Source of the DNA: Oscillospiraceae bacterium
GTDB lineage: Bacteria; Bacillota; Clostridia; Oscillospirales; CAG-272
Direction of reading: 5' to 3'
Assembly (NCBI GenBank): GCA_015065215.1
Contig: SVQT01000004.1
Coordinates: 3,264-67,263 of the forward strand
DNA: 64,000 bases
The translations under genes and the position numbers were made by a program. Position 1 is the first letter of the stretch; every line of letters starts with the position of its first letter. This document shows positions 47,418-55,816 of the stretch, piece after piece. The notes beneath the pieces were generated by a model that was not told the origin of the DNA, did no database searches, and saw nothing but the letters and a program-made list of their open reading frames with translations.

Positions 47418-49631
47418 TTACTCCTTTCTTTCAAAGTCTTCCGGGTCCAAATTCTCGTCGGTACAATCGTAACGTTCTACCGGCTCTTTATCGTTGAAAT
47501 CAATCTGATGATATTTAAATAAATCCTTGTTAAGATGTGAATGGGAAAGCGACATTTCTTTTAGTGTAGGATATTTGCCTTGATAGGCGGGCAAATCATT
47601 CATGCCAACCGCGCAACGCTCAGTCTGATAGGCAGAAAACGCCTTAAAATAATCGCTGGCGTAGCGCTCAGCATACGCTTGACGATACATCACGATATAA
47701 GACATCTCATCCGAATGTTTATGCTCCTCGCTGGTGCCGACTTCTGTAATAATCTTCTGCCGATAATAGCCAAAAAGATTTTTGCGGCGGAGCATATAAC
47801 GAAACAATATTGCGGCAAAGCCCTGGCCCAGCCAAGTAATCAAATGATGGTTGCCCCACTTATACCGGCTCTCGTCCCAGATACCGTTCCACCATGCGAG
47901 ATACGCGCCGATCACGCCCTCCTCAACCCAAAAGAACGGCAGGGCATTATCCGCGCCCTTATGCTTCTCAATATGAAGAACCGCGCAAAGCTCATGACCG
48001 TCGGCTCCCCAGGAGGTAGGCCGCTGGGCATTGGTCAACATGTGCAGCATACATCGGTTAGCAAGCATGGCACCGTGACCGCTCATTTTGACCCACAGAT
48101 TGAACAGATCATTTTTTTGATTACTTTCCTCGTCCTTTGCCTTCGTCTCCTTTAGCTGATCATTGTTTTTTCGCTCCTTATCAATCTCTGTAAACACAAG
48201 GATACCGAACTCAAAGGCGCCAATATTGGGATTATCCCGCTTGATCTTCACACCAAGCCGGAACATGTCCCAATCGACAATATGGCTGTATTGGCTGACC
48301 TCCTTCATATATTCAGGATCGCGGGCCAAATAATTGGTATCTACCAACTTAAAGTTGCCTTCATCCTGTATCATAAAATCATCACGAACCGGCGCGGTAG
48401 AAATCAAATATGACGTGGAAAGCGTATAAGAGAAATACGCCTGGGCGTACTCCTCCAATGCGTCCCACAAAGAGATCACCTTTAAGCCGTCATTGTATCT
48501 CATGGGATACAGATCTGCCCTGTATTGCCAAATATGCTCCTGGTCACAATAAACACAAAAGGAACGATACCGGGCCTTGACCCATTCCCGGGCCGAGGTC
48601 CAGCTGCGAATTTTGCCGGACTTGATCTGTTGCTGAATGTCAAGCTCGAACAGAATCCAAGGGAACCGCGGGAACTTCAACATGTTTTCGTTCAAGATCT
48701 CCAGGTTTGCATCACGATCCAACGCGCTGAACGTAATCGCCATGTCATTCATCATCATATCTTTGCCGGAACGCATCAAGCCCACGATATAATTGCACAT
48801 CGGCAGCTCCTTCAGGAGCCGTTTATTATGAGCGCTAAAAGCATAGAGCTTGTCCGCACCGTATGACAAACGCCAGCGCTCATAGATCCATATGCCGATG
48901 GCGACCCAGCAAAACCAAGGAAGGGTATGAAACATCAAAAGAATATCGACGATCAGCTTCATAAGCTGGATATGAATAGTAGAAAAAGAAAGGGTGGTAA
49001 TCAGCCAAAGATAATACGCGGCAAATTCCAAAATAACGGTATAGACGCCAAAATACAGGAGCCACAGCGCCCAGAAAAGGCGCCACCAGTAGGTATTCCT
49101 AAAAAAGCTCCAAACATCCAAAACACGGTCCTTTATCCATCTATATGGCTTTGCTACAAAGAGCTTGAACAAGCGCAAAGGTACAGTATCTTTGTTATAG
49201 TCATTATTCACATCATCCCAGGTCAGTAGCAAGGGAACACAGACAAGCAAAGCCACAATGATGAACAAACAAAACGCATATAGAATTTTGACTGTATAAA
49301 ACAGCAAAAACATCAAATATACACGAAAATGCTTCCACACAAAAATCTCAGCTCCAATGGCACCGATTTTACGGTAGATCTCCGATAAATCTATACCAAA
49401 GCTTTGCCAAAGATCTACTTTTGAAAAATCATTTACCGTTTGTTCGATCGGAAAAGGGAGCGAAATTTCAAAAAGATCAACCAAAGCCAGCGCTCGCCAA
49501 AAATCATTCACTGCCTCAGCAATACGCCAAAAGGGGTACTTATACACAAATACCCCTAAAGCCAACGTTCCCAAAAGAAGACCAAAGCATATAAAATGCC
49601 GGTAGTCTATGGATTTTAACTTTTTCCACAT
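47418..49631 (-). CDS. polytopic membrane domain fused to a P-loop NTPase (Zot/pI-like or translocase-like)
   Basis: At least 4-6 TM helices in aa 1-250. Walker A GLMRSGKD (aa 284-291), Walker B-like ILVFTEID (477-484), then TNAQRP resembling the post-Walker-B block of Zot-family ATPases. Confidence 0.55.
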   Translation of the reverse strand: MWKKLKSIDYRHFICFGLLLGTLALGVFVYKYPFWRIAEAVNDFWRALALVDLFEISLPFPIEQTVNDFSKVDLWQSFGIDLSEIYRKIGAIGAEIFVWKHFRVYLMFLLFYTVKILYAFCLFIIVALLVCVPLLLTWDDVNNDYNKDTVPLRLFKLFVAKPYRWIKDRVLDVWSFFRNTYWWRLFWALWLLYFGVYTVILEFAAYYLWLITTLSFSTIHIQLMKLIVDILLMFHTLPWFCWVAIGIWIYERWRLSYGADKLYAFSAHNKRLLKELPMCNYIVGLMRSGKDMMMNDMAITFSALDRDANLEILNENMLKFPRFPWILFELDIQQQIKSGKIRSWTSAREWVKARYRSFCVYCDQEHIWQYRADLYPMRYNDGLKVISLWDALEEYAQAYFSYTLSTSYLISTAPVRDDFMIQDEGNFKLVDTNYLARDPEYMKEVSQYSHIVDWDMFRLGVKIKRDNPNIGAFEFGILVFTEIDKERKNNDQLKETKAKDEESNQKNDLFNLWVKMSGHGAMLANRCMLHMLTNAQRPTSWGADGHELCAVLHIEKHKGADNALPFFWVEEGVIGAYLAWWNGIWDESRYKWGNHHLITWLGQGFAAILFRYMLRRKNLFGYYRQKIITEVGTSEEHKHSDEMSYIVMYRQAYAERYASDYFKAFSAYQTERCAVGMNDLPAYQGKYPTLKEMSLSHSHLNKDLFKYHQIDFNDKEPVERYDCTDENLDPEDFERKE

Positions 49632-49731
49632 ATATCACCTCACACGACATACGCAAAAAGAAAAGCTATGTACCCGATGAAGAACGCCGCGGTTGCGATG
49701 CCGAGCACAGACAATATCCGCACAAATATTC

Positions 49732-50025
49732 TCATTGGCTCTGATCTTCAAAAACGTCAACGTCGCCGTTTTTCTCACAAGGAACAAGCTCAAAATATTT
49801 AAGCTCGTTGTATGTAAGGCGATAAACGCAGTTTTCCTCTATATGAACGAAAGACACCTCATTTTTTCGAGCTTCAAATTCCAGCGCGGTCACCGGCCCA
49901 TATTCTTTGCCATCGACCGTTACGCACCAAATCATACGCATAAAACGCCGATGCCAAATACCAATCACAACAGCGCCGATCAGAATCAACACGAACCAAA
50001 CAATCCAAAAAATAGTATCAAACAT
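49732..50025 (-). CDS. small membrane-anchored protein
   Basis: Start set to ATG 50025 (MFDTIFWIVWFVLILIGAVVIGIW), one N-terminal TM. The track ORF N-terminal extension runs through a plus-strand promoter. Confidence 0.55.
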   Translation of the reverse strand: MFDTIFWIVWFVLILIGAVVIGIWHRRFMRMIWCVTVDGKEYGPVTALEFEARKNEVSFVHIEENCVYRLTYNELKYFELVPCEKNGDVDVFEDQSQ

Positions 50026-50060
50026 TTTTATTTTTCCTTTCTGATGTAAAAATTTTGGGG

Positions 50061-50089
50061 TTGACAAAAACGCAAAAATAAGATATAAT
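50061..50089 (+). promoter_or_regulatory. consensus sigma-70 promoter on the strand opposite to the operon
   Basis: TTGACA (50061-66), 17-nt spacer, TATAAT (50084-89). Confidence 0.6.
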
Positions 50090-50095
50090 ATGATT

Positions 50096-50198
50096 GCGAA
50101 CTCAACCGAATCGGTTGTTAAGTCGGCTTGACCGACCCGCACCTGCGGAGGATCTATTCCTTCGCGCCGAGGTTTTTACCTCGGCCTTTTCTTTTTTT
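50096..50198 (+). ncRNA. candidate ~100-nt small RNA, antisense to an intergenic region of the element operon
   Basis: Bounded by the consensus promoter and a hairpin GCCGAGG/CCTCGGC followed by CTTTTCTTTTTTT (50166-50198). Internal hairpins CAACCGA/TCGGTTG and GTCGG/CCGAC. No ORF. Confidence 0.45.
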
Positions 50199-50553
50199 GA
50201 ACTCTTGTATGAACTATAGCATTATATGTATCATGACTCGATAACTTAAATCGTTCTTTTTGTTCCGGGAAAACCTTCTTGTCCGACAGATCCAAGGGAC
50301 GTTTGGTCATTCGATTTTTTCCGAAACGTTGATAATCCACGCCCGTACGTTTTTCCAAGCCGTATTTCTTCTGATCTATTTCCATCAATGCAGGATCACG
50401 TTCTTTTTTAATGGACTTTAACTTTGCCACGGACACCGCCTTCCCGTTATCTCGAACAACAACATAATTCCGTTGCTTCTTTGTTTCAGGATCGATATAC
50501 TTTGTTTCGCCACGATACACCTTCCCAACATTACTTTTTGCCGTAACTATCAC
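50176..50553 (-). CDS. small basic hypothetical protein (K/R-rich)
   Basis: 125-aa ORF, roughly 30% K+R by eye, C-terminus RVQKKKRPR. GTG start, which is uncertain. Confidence 0.5.
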   Translation of the reverse strand: MIVTAKSNVGKVYRGETKYIDPETKKQRNYVVVRDNGKAVSVAKLKSIKKERDPALMEIDQKKYGLEKRTGVDYQRFGKNRMTKRPLDLSDKKVFPEQKERFKLSSHDTYNAIVHTRVQKKKRPR

Positions 50554-50601
50554 TCCTTTTTTCTCCCCGGCATATTTCTGCCGGGGAAGTATTGACTTAT
50601 G

Positions 50602-50862
50602 TTATTTCTTCCTTTTCTTTTGATTTTTGTTTGTTTTTCGCTTTCGCGATCCGATCAGCTTAGAAAAAGCATCTCGGCTTTTTTGTAGCCCAGAGGTCCG
50701 CGCCCTGGAAAGGTAAAGCCCCTTTCGCTCATCAGCGGTCAGAATGCTCCCGAACTCCTCCTGGAGCTCATGCACTTGACGGTGATAACCAGCTTTTACC
50801 TCAGCTTCCAACATGTAAAGCTGGTGAGCCGCTTGAGAGATCGTTTGCTTTGAATGCTTCAT
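50602..50862 (-). CDS. small helical protein with a poly-basic C-terminus
   Basis: 86 aa ending SRKRKTNKNQKKRKK. The ATG overlaps the upstream stop (ATGA). Confidence 0.55.
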   Translation of the reverse strand: MKHSKQTISQAAHQLYMLEAEVKAGYHRQVHELQEEFGSILTADERKGLYLSRARTSGLQKSRDAFSKLIGSRKRKTNKNQKKRKK

Positions 50863-52907
50863 TGCTGCTTTCTCCCACTCCTGTTTTTATTTGACTTTGG
50901 CTTTTTCTTCGGTTTTTGATCAGCTTTCGGCGCTTCCGGTACTTTTTCTTTTTGCTGTTTTTGCTTCCGCTTCTTGGCCTTATCGACCGAGCGGTCAATA
51001 GATTTTTTGGCGTTTTTCGCCAACTTCGCGCCTCCTCCCAATAACCAACCTCCAGCAGCAAACAGCTTGACAACAACATAAACGATCAAAGCGATAAGAG
51101 CAATGATTGCTATTACCTGTAGAATTTTTAAAAGTGTTTCAAACCAATCCTTTAAATTACCCTTGGCTTGATCCCGCACATGATTGGACCAATCATCCTT
51201 TACACTGACACCGCCATCCAAGTGGTCCAAGGGATCAGCATTAACCTGATAGGTAAAATACTGATCACCGCGAACAAAAGTCACTGTCGTGACATCAATA
51301 TCACGGTAAAAAGGCATACGAACAAGCCAAGTATCGCCGTCCGTTATCAAAGTTTTCTTGTTAAAGGTTTTATCTTCATCATAGTAATAAGCGTCAAGCT
51401 CATAACACTCATATTGGGCAGTGGTAAAGCGAAGGCAAACCACCCAACCTTCCGCATTCTGCAAATACTCCAAAAAGCCTGCCGCATCTTTACGAGCAAT
51501 TTTTAAATTTTTGGAAAGACCGGTAAGATCATACCGATATTTTGAAGCCATATCTTTTGGATCTGTTATCACCTCAAATTTCATGACTTTTTCCTCTTTT
51601 TGTTCACCATAAACGTGGCCAAAAAAAGCGGCGATGCTTTGCCAAAAATTCAAGTTTTGATCAACTTCAAAACTACCCAATTCGTAAAAGTCATCTTTTT
51701 CGTATAATACATTTTTTGTCTCAAACGAAGAATACAACTCTTCTGGCAAGCCGTTTTCAAAAGTCTGACCAGGATAATAGGCATTCATATACGCTTCTAA
51801 ATAAGTTTGAAACACAGAAGACTTCAAAACCTCATAAAAATGATTATATTTGTCAACCTCGATGTCGGGATTATAGAAATAATAACTCAAAGCATTTTGA
51901 ATTTCAGTAAACTGACGATAACCCAATTTGTAAAACTTATCCGGAATCGTAGAAGTATATCTTTCGCGATTACTATCTGTAGGGTTATAAACCCACTCTG
52001 GCGCATCCCAACGAGCCGCATTATTACTATCCGTCCAATATACCAATTCGCCCAACTCCAACGTAGGAGCACCGGAGAAATACGAATTCACTTCATAACC
52101 AGATTTTAAAACACCGATGTCTTTCATACTGTTTAATTGCGAAGAATTGGTTACAATGATAGGTGTAGACAAATACTGCTTAAAGTCCGCTGTAATGCTA
52201 TCAATGTAATCATATTCTCCATTTTCAAGCACCCAAGCGGGAACGGTGAAATAAACAGTAGCTATTTCATTGTAAGTGTTCAAATCCTTATCCGAAACCG
52301 GGTTCTCATAGCGGTAAACCGATCCACGCAATTCCAGATCCAACGTTAAAAGTCCGCCATTGATGATCTCCAAATTGTTTTGTTTTTCAAAACCTTTGAC
52401 CACAAAGCAACGATCTACAAAAGCACTCCCACTAGAGGAGCCATACCGATGAATGTAATAATAGCGAACATCTAAGTCGGGAAAGGGAAAGATACGGCCG
52501 GTAAAATCCAACATGGCACGAACAAAACGACCGTCTTTTGAACGTTCTATTTTGTTAAAATAATTCATATACTGATCAGTTAAAGGATCCGGCCGCTCAT
52601 CATCAAATGACAAATATACATAACTGTCACCAGCATCCAAAACACTAGTTGGATCGTAAAAGTAAAAATATACGCAAAATTTTTGATCCGAACACGCAAG
52701 ATCCGGGTCTATACCAGCCTCCCGAATATGCAAAAATTCCAACTGGCCATGATTATATGCGCCTTCATCAAAAGGCTCACCATTGACCGTGAATTTTTTT
52801 AAATCCTCCAATATGACGTCTTTTTCCTCCTCTGCCGCTGATGCGAATACCACAAATAGTGGCAGAAGGGTCAAGACACATAAAAGGATACATAAAATTT
52901 TTTTCAT
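50859..52907 (-). CDS. large secreted protein with C-terminal TM anchor and poly-basic cytoplasmic tail
   Basis: Signal peptide MKKILCILLCVLTLLPLFVVFASA, then an aromatic-rich ectodomain of about 600 aa. TM LKILQVIAIIALIALIVYVVVKLF, then a K-rich tail of about 55 aa. GGAGG SD at ATG 52907. Confidence 0.7.
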   Translation of the reverse strand: MKKILCILLCVLTLLPLFVVFASAAEEEKDVILEDLKKFTVNGEPFDEGAYNHGQLEFLHIREAGIDPDLACSDQKFCVYFYFYDPTSVLDAGDSYVYLSFDDERPDPLTDQYMNYFNKIERSKDGRFVRAMLDFTGRIFPFPDLDVRYYYIHRYGSSSGSAFVDRCFVVKGFEKQNNLEIINGGLLTLDLELRGSVYRYENPVSDKDLNTYNEIATVYFTVPAWVLENGEYDYIDSITADFKQYLSTPIIVTNSSQLNSMKDIGVLKSGYEVNSYFSGAPTLELGELVYWTDSNNAARWDAPEWVYNPTDSNRERYTSTIPDKFYKLGYRQFTEIQNALSYYFYNPDIEVDKYNHFYEVLKSSVFQTYLEAYMNAYYPGQTFENGLPEELYSSFETKNVLYEKDDFYELGSFEVDQNLNFWQSIAAFFGHVYGEQKEEKVMKFEVITDPKDMASKYRYDLTGLSKNLKIARKDAAGFLEYLQNAEGWVVCLRFTTAQYECYELDAYYYDEDKTFNKKTLITDGDTWLVRMPFYRDIDVTTVTFVRGDQYFTYQVNADPLDHLDGGVSVKDDWSNHVRDQAKGNLKDWFETLLKILQVIAIIALIALIVYVVVKLFAAGGWLLGGGAKLAKNAKKSIDRSVDKAKKRKQKQQKEKVPEAPKADQKPKKKPKSNKNRSGRKQQ

Positions 52908-52985
52908 AAAACCTCCATTTTTTGAAAGTGTACTTTCAAAGAAAAAAGGTCTACGACCCACAGACGGGCCGTAGGCCTTTTTTTA

Positions 52986-54152
52986 TCAATCGCCGTATTC
53001 CGTTGTATATTCCACATCCTCTACATCATGAGTGCCGGAACAATGCGGACAATTCTCAATCACAGAATACATAAATTCGTTTACATAGAAAACCGCACCG
53101 CATTCCGCAGAATATTTGTAACACGGAACGAAACCGCTAAAATCAGTAAGCCATGGACCGTCGCCGTATTCATCAAAATAGCGCACCTCTTCAATATCAG
53201 AAGTTCCGCCATCATAATAAGGATTGGACGATTTTGTAAAATAACCGTCAATGTTAAAACAGCTATCGTTGGGGCAAGAAATGGGATTGCCATTTGGCGT
53301 ATAGACAATCGCGCCGCAAGAATCACAAGTATATTGATCTCGCCACTCTGTTGAAGGGCTGGAGCAGCGCTTGAAAGTCTCGGAATTCTCATCCCACGTA
53401 TACATGACAGTATCACTGCCGATATTACCGGAATCACCGGAACCGCCGGAGCCGCTACCGATCTGCGCAAGCACCGCGTTGATGATCGCTTGCTTATCCG
53501 CCTCGGTCAAAACATAATTACTGCCGGCGGGGCCCTGAGGACCTGTCGCGCCGGTTGCTCCGGTATCGCCCTTATCGCCTTTTACGCCTTGCGGACCCTG
53601 GGCGCCGGCATCACCTTTTTCGCCTTTTACGCCTTGCGGACCCTGGGCGCCGGCATCACCTTTTTCGCCTTTTACGCCTTGCGGGCCTTGTGCCAGCACG
53701 CCGGTAGAAATCCAGGTAGCGCCAACATCATAAGAGACCTCCCACATGCCGGTATCGGTAGAAATACGCATCAACGGTGCGATGCCGTTCGTACCGGCAA
53801 GACCCTGAGGACCTTGTTCGCCCTGGGCACCGGTGGCACCGGAAATATCGGTTACCAGCTTATAACCGTCTGCCCGCTTGACAAAAATCTTGGCATTATC
53901 AGGATCCTCTACGCTGCCGGTATTGATCAGCACATAGCCGCCCTCCGGCACACCGTCGGTTTCAAACGCCAAATGCATGGCTTCAATGCTTTCAAATTCC
54001 TTTTCAATGATCAAGGCGGTATCGCCGCCAAAAGAAATCGAAGGCGCCTCAATTATCTCTGTATCTGCCTGTTGCTTGGTAATTTGCAGAAAACCGACAG
54101 CCGCAATACCAAACAGAGCCAAGACAAGGCAGACGGTCAATAGACGCTTCAT
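52986..54152 (-). CDS. collagen-like (G-X-Y) repeat protein with N-terminal signal/anchor and Cys-rich C-terminal domain
   Basis: GATGAQGEQGPQGLAGTNG and GPQGVKGEKGDAGAQ repeats. C-terminal CDSCG...CPNDSC and ...CPHCSG motifs. WEVSYD.G.TW module shared with 681..2990. Confidence 0.75.
   Translation of the reverse strand: MKRLLTVCLVLALFGIAAVGFLQITKQQADTEIIEAPSISFGGDTALIIEKEFESIEAMHLAFETDGVPEGGYVLINTGSVEDPDNAKIFVKRADGYKLVTDISGATGAQGEQGPQGLAGTNGIAPLMRISTDTGMWEVSYDVGATWISTGVLAQGPQGVKGEKGDAGAQGPQGVKGEKGDAGAQGPQGVKGDKGDTGATGATGPQGPAGSNYVLTEADKQAIINAVLAQIGSGSGGSGDSGNIGSDTVMYTWDENSETFKRCSSPSTEWRDQYTCDSCGAIVYTPNGNPISCPNDSCFNIDGYFTKSSNPYYDGGTSDIEEVRYFDEYGDGPWLTDFSGFVPCYKYSAECGAVFYVNEFMYSVIENCPHCSGTHDVEDVEYTTEYGD
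53581..53690 (-). repeat. 45-bp tandem coding repeat (about 2.4 copies) in the collagen-like gene
   Basis: 53581-53625 and 53626-53670 are identical. A third partial copy diverges. They encode GPQGVKGEKGDAGAQ units. Confidence 0.9.
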
Positions 54153-54155
54153 GCC

Positions 54156-54713
54156 TTACTTGTAATAACCGACAAGATCATCCACATCGTTAGAGACACA
54201 CAGGATGGGCTTCAGCGTCAAATTGACATTGGTTTCCTCACCAACGCTAATGATGAGATGCGCCTGCGTATCGCTTTCAACGGTAAACAGCACGGGGCCG
54301 CTATAGCTATTGGCAAGAGTGGCGCCGCCGGAAACAGCCTGCAAAGAAAGATACATAGTCTTATTAGAGCCGTTAGTGAGAGAACCGTCAAAGGCATATG
54401 TGGTACCGGCTTTCAAATTGACAAGCGCAACCGCATATTCTTTGTCCGTTTCGGCGGTACCCTTTACCTTGATGGAATTGTCGTCTTCGTCAATTTTGAT
54501 CGAAATGCCATCAGAGCCGTTGGCGATCACGCCTTTATCATCCAGGAAGGAAGCGCCGTGATAAAGATTATCTGGGTTTGGTTGCTTTAGCTTCCATTCA
54601 TCGGTATTCCAGTTTTGGAAGCCCTGAGTGGCTCGGCCAAGCAAAACAAGCAGAAACACTGCCACCAACGCAATGCCTGTACAAATCAAGATCGTTTTTG
54701 TTCGCTTTTTCAT
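54156..54713 (-). CDS. N-terminally membrane-anchored beta-rich protein
   Basis: TM ILICTGIALVAVFLLVLL followed by a beta-strand-like domain of about 150 aa. Its stop lies 3 nt before the next start. Confidence 0.65.
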   Translation of the reverse strand: MKKRTKTILICTGIALVAVFLLVLLGRATQGFQNWNTDEWKLKQPNPDNLYHGASFLDDKGVIANGSDGISIKIDEDDNSIKVKGTAETDKEYAVALVNLKAGTTYAFDGSLTNGSNKTMYLSLQAVSGGATLANSYSGPVLFTVESDTQAHLIISVGEETNVNLTLKPILCVSNDVDDLVGYYK

Positions 54714-54733
54714 ACTTTTTTTCTCCTTTTTGT

Positions 54734-54829
54734 TTTTTGGGGTGCTAAAACATCTATCGAGATAGCGCTTTCAAAGCACCACCCCAAAAACGGCGACGTC
54801 GCTGTTTTTGAGACTGAAAGCGCTATCTC
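54734..54829 (-). promoter_or_regulatory. structured leader: interleaved inverted repeats upstream of the 54713 gene
   Basis: A perfect 15-bp IR GAGATAGCGCTTTCA (54759-73) / TGAAAGCGCTATCTC (54815-29) interleaves with a second pair TTTTTTGGGGTGCT (54734-47) / AGCACCACCCCAAAAA (54775-90). Confidence 0.5.
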
Positions 54830-54884
54830 TTTTGAATAAAAATCGCTACATTGAAATCACCTCATACATCTCCTTTCCTGATGC

Positions 54885-55061
54885 TTAATACGGAACCAGC
54901 TGGCACCGATCCGCGGGGACCCGAGTCCAACGGTTTACGTACATCTCCTCAAGCAATAAACACAAGACGAATTTTCGCCTTTTTCGATCATAACCGATCA
55001 CAAGCTCCCTGATACATCTGTACGTCTTACCGTCACATATGATCTCGCACCGCGCGATCAT
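54885..55061 (-). CDS. small hypothetical protein
   Basis: ATG 55061 (MIARCEIICDG) lies after GAGGAGG. The track ORF start at 55121 (GTG) lacks an SD and overlaps the upstream gene. Confidence 0.4.
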   Translation of the reverse strand: MIARCEIICDGKTYRCIRELVIGYDRKRRKFVLCLLLEEMYVNRWTRVPADRCQLVPY

Positions 55062-55084
55062 TGCCTGTCTGGCTACCTCCTCGG

Positions 55085-55639
55085 TCACTGCATAGCCCTT
55101 TGCGCGATCTGGATGAGACACTCAAGAAGGCGCTTGTCGCTATCGCGGGAGGGCTTGACTTTGCACTCCAGCGTAATGCCTTCCTCATCGGTAGACATCA
55201 CAAGATAAGTAAAGCCGGAGGACGTCATGCCGGTATTCTCATCCTTCATCTTGTAGGGCACCATATAGAGCGGCAGTGCATCGGCTTCACCGAATAGCAA
55301 TGCGAGAACGCCATAACCACCCTTATCGGGGGGAGCCATGCCAGCGCGAATATCCTGACCGCGTAGCTTGCCGTAAATGTTGTAGGTGAAAATCGGCTTA
55401 TCGCCCTTCTTGCGGGGCTTCAGCTTCTCGCGGCGCAGGAACAGGCCGGTAAGCTTTGCGTCACCCTCGTACTCGTATTCCTCTTCGGTCTCCTCTTCCT
55501 CGACAGGAGCCACGCCGTCAAGCAGGGCCGCCTTGGTGGATGCGTTCAGCACGTCGTCCAGCACCTCGCCGGTCTCGGTATCCACACCGGCGGGAGCGGT
55601 CATTTCTTCGGTTACTTCGTTTTTCTTCTTTTCTGCCAT
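55085..55639 (-). CDS. hypothetical protein with acidic N-terminus, first ORF after the long leader
   Basis: 184 aa from ATG 55639. D/E-rich first 60 aa, then a mixed beta-like domain. No motif recognised. Confidence 0.55.
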   Translation of the reverse strand: MAEKKKNEVTEEMTAPAGVDTETGEVLDDVLNASTKAALLDGVAPVEEEETEEEYEYEGDAKLTGLFLRREKLKPRKKGDKPIFTYNIYGKLRGQDIRAGMAPPDKGGYGVLALLFGEADALPLYMVPYKMKDENTGMTSSGFTYLVMSTDEEGITLECKVKPSRDSDKRLLECLIQIAQRAMQ

Positions 55640-55816
55640 AGTCACTTTCCTTTCTGCCCTTTACCCCGGGCCCGGGGAAATATAATACAAGGGCGAGTGC
55701 AGTGCGCCGACTGACAAAGAAAGGGAAAAGTCTCGATCAGCCGACGGTGTCACCCGCCCTCTATTTCTAAAATAGCAGAAAAAAAGTACGATGAGGTACG
55801 ATGTTGCTTTGGAGCA

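Noticed and set aside
50026-50142. N-terminal extension of ORF 49732..50142.
   Set aside because: The extension covers the plus-strand consensus promoter and small-RNA region and lacks an SD. ATG 50025 has an AAAGGA SD and begins directly with the TM helix.
46468-54713. Interpretation as an integrated Microviridae-like (phiX/gokushovirus) prophage because of the phiX-type Rep motifs.
   Set aside because: The block is too large. No candidate for a ~500-aa cytoplasmic jelly-roll capsid protein is evident: the large proteins carry signal peptides or TM anchors. The element also carries a CI/Cro switch and many dsDNA-phage/ICE-type early genes.
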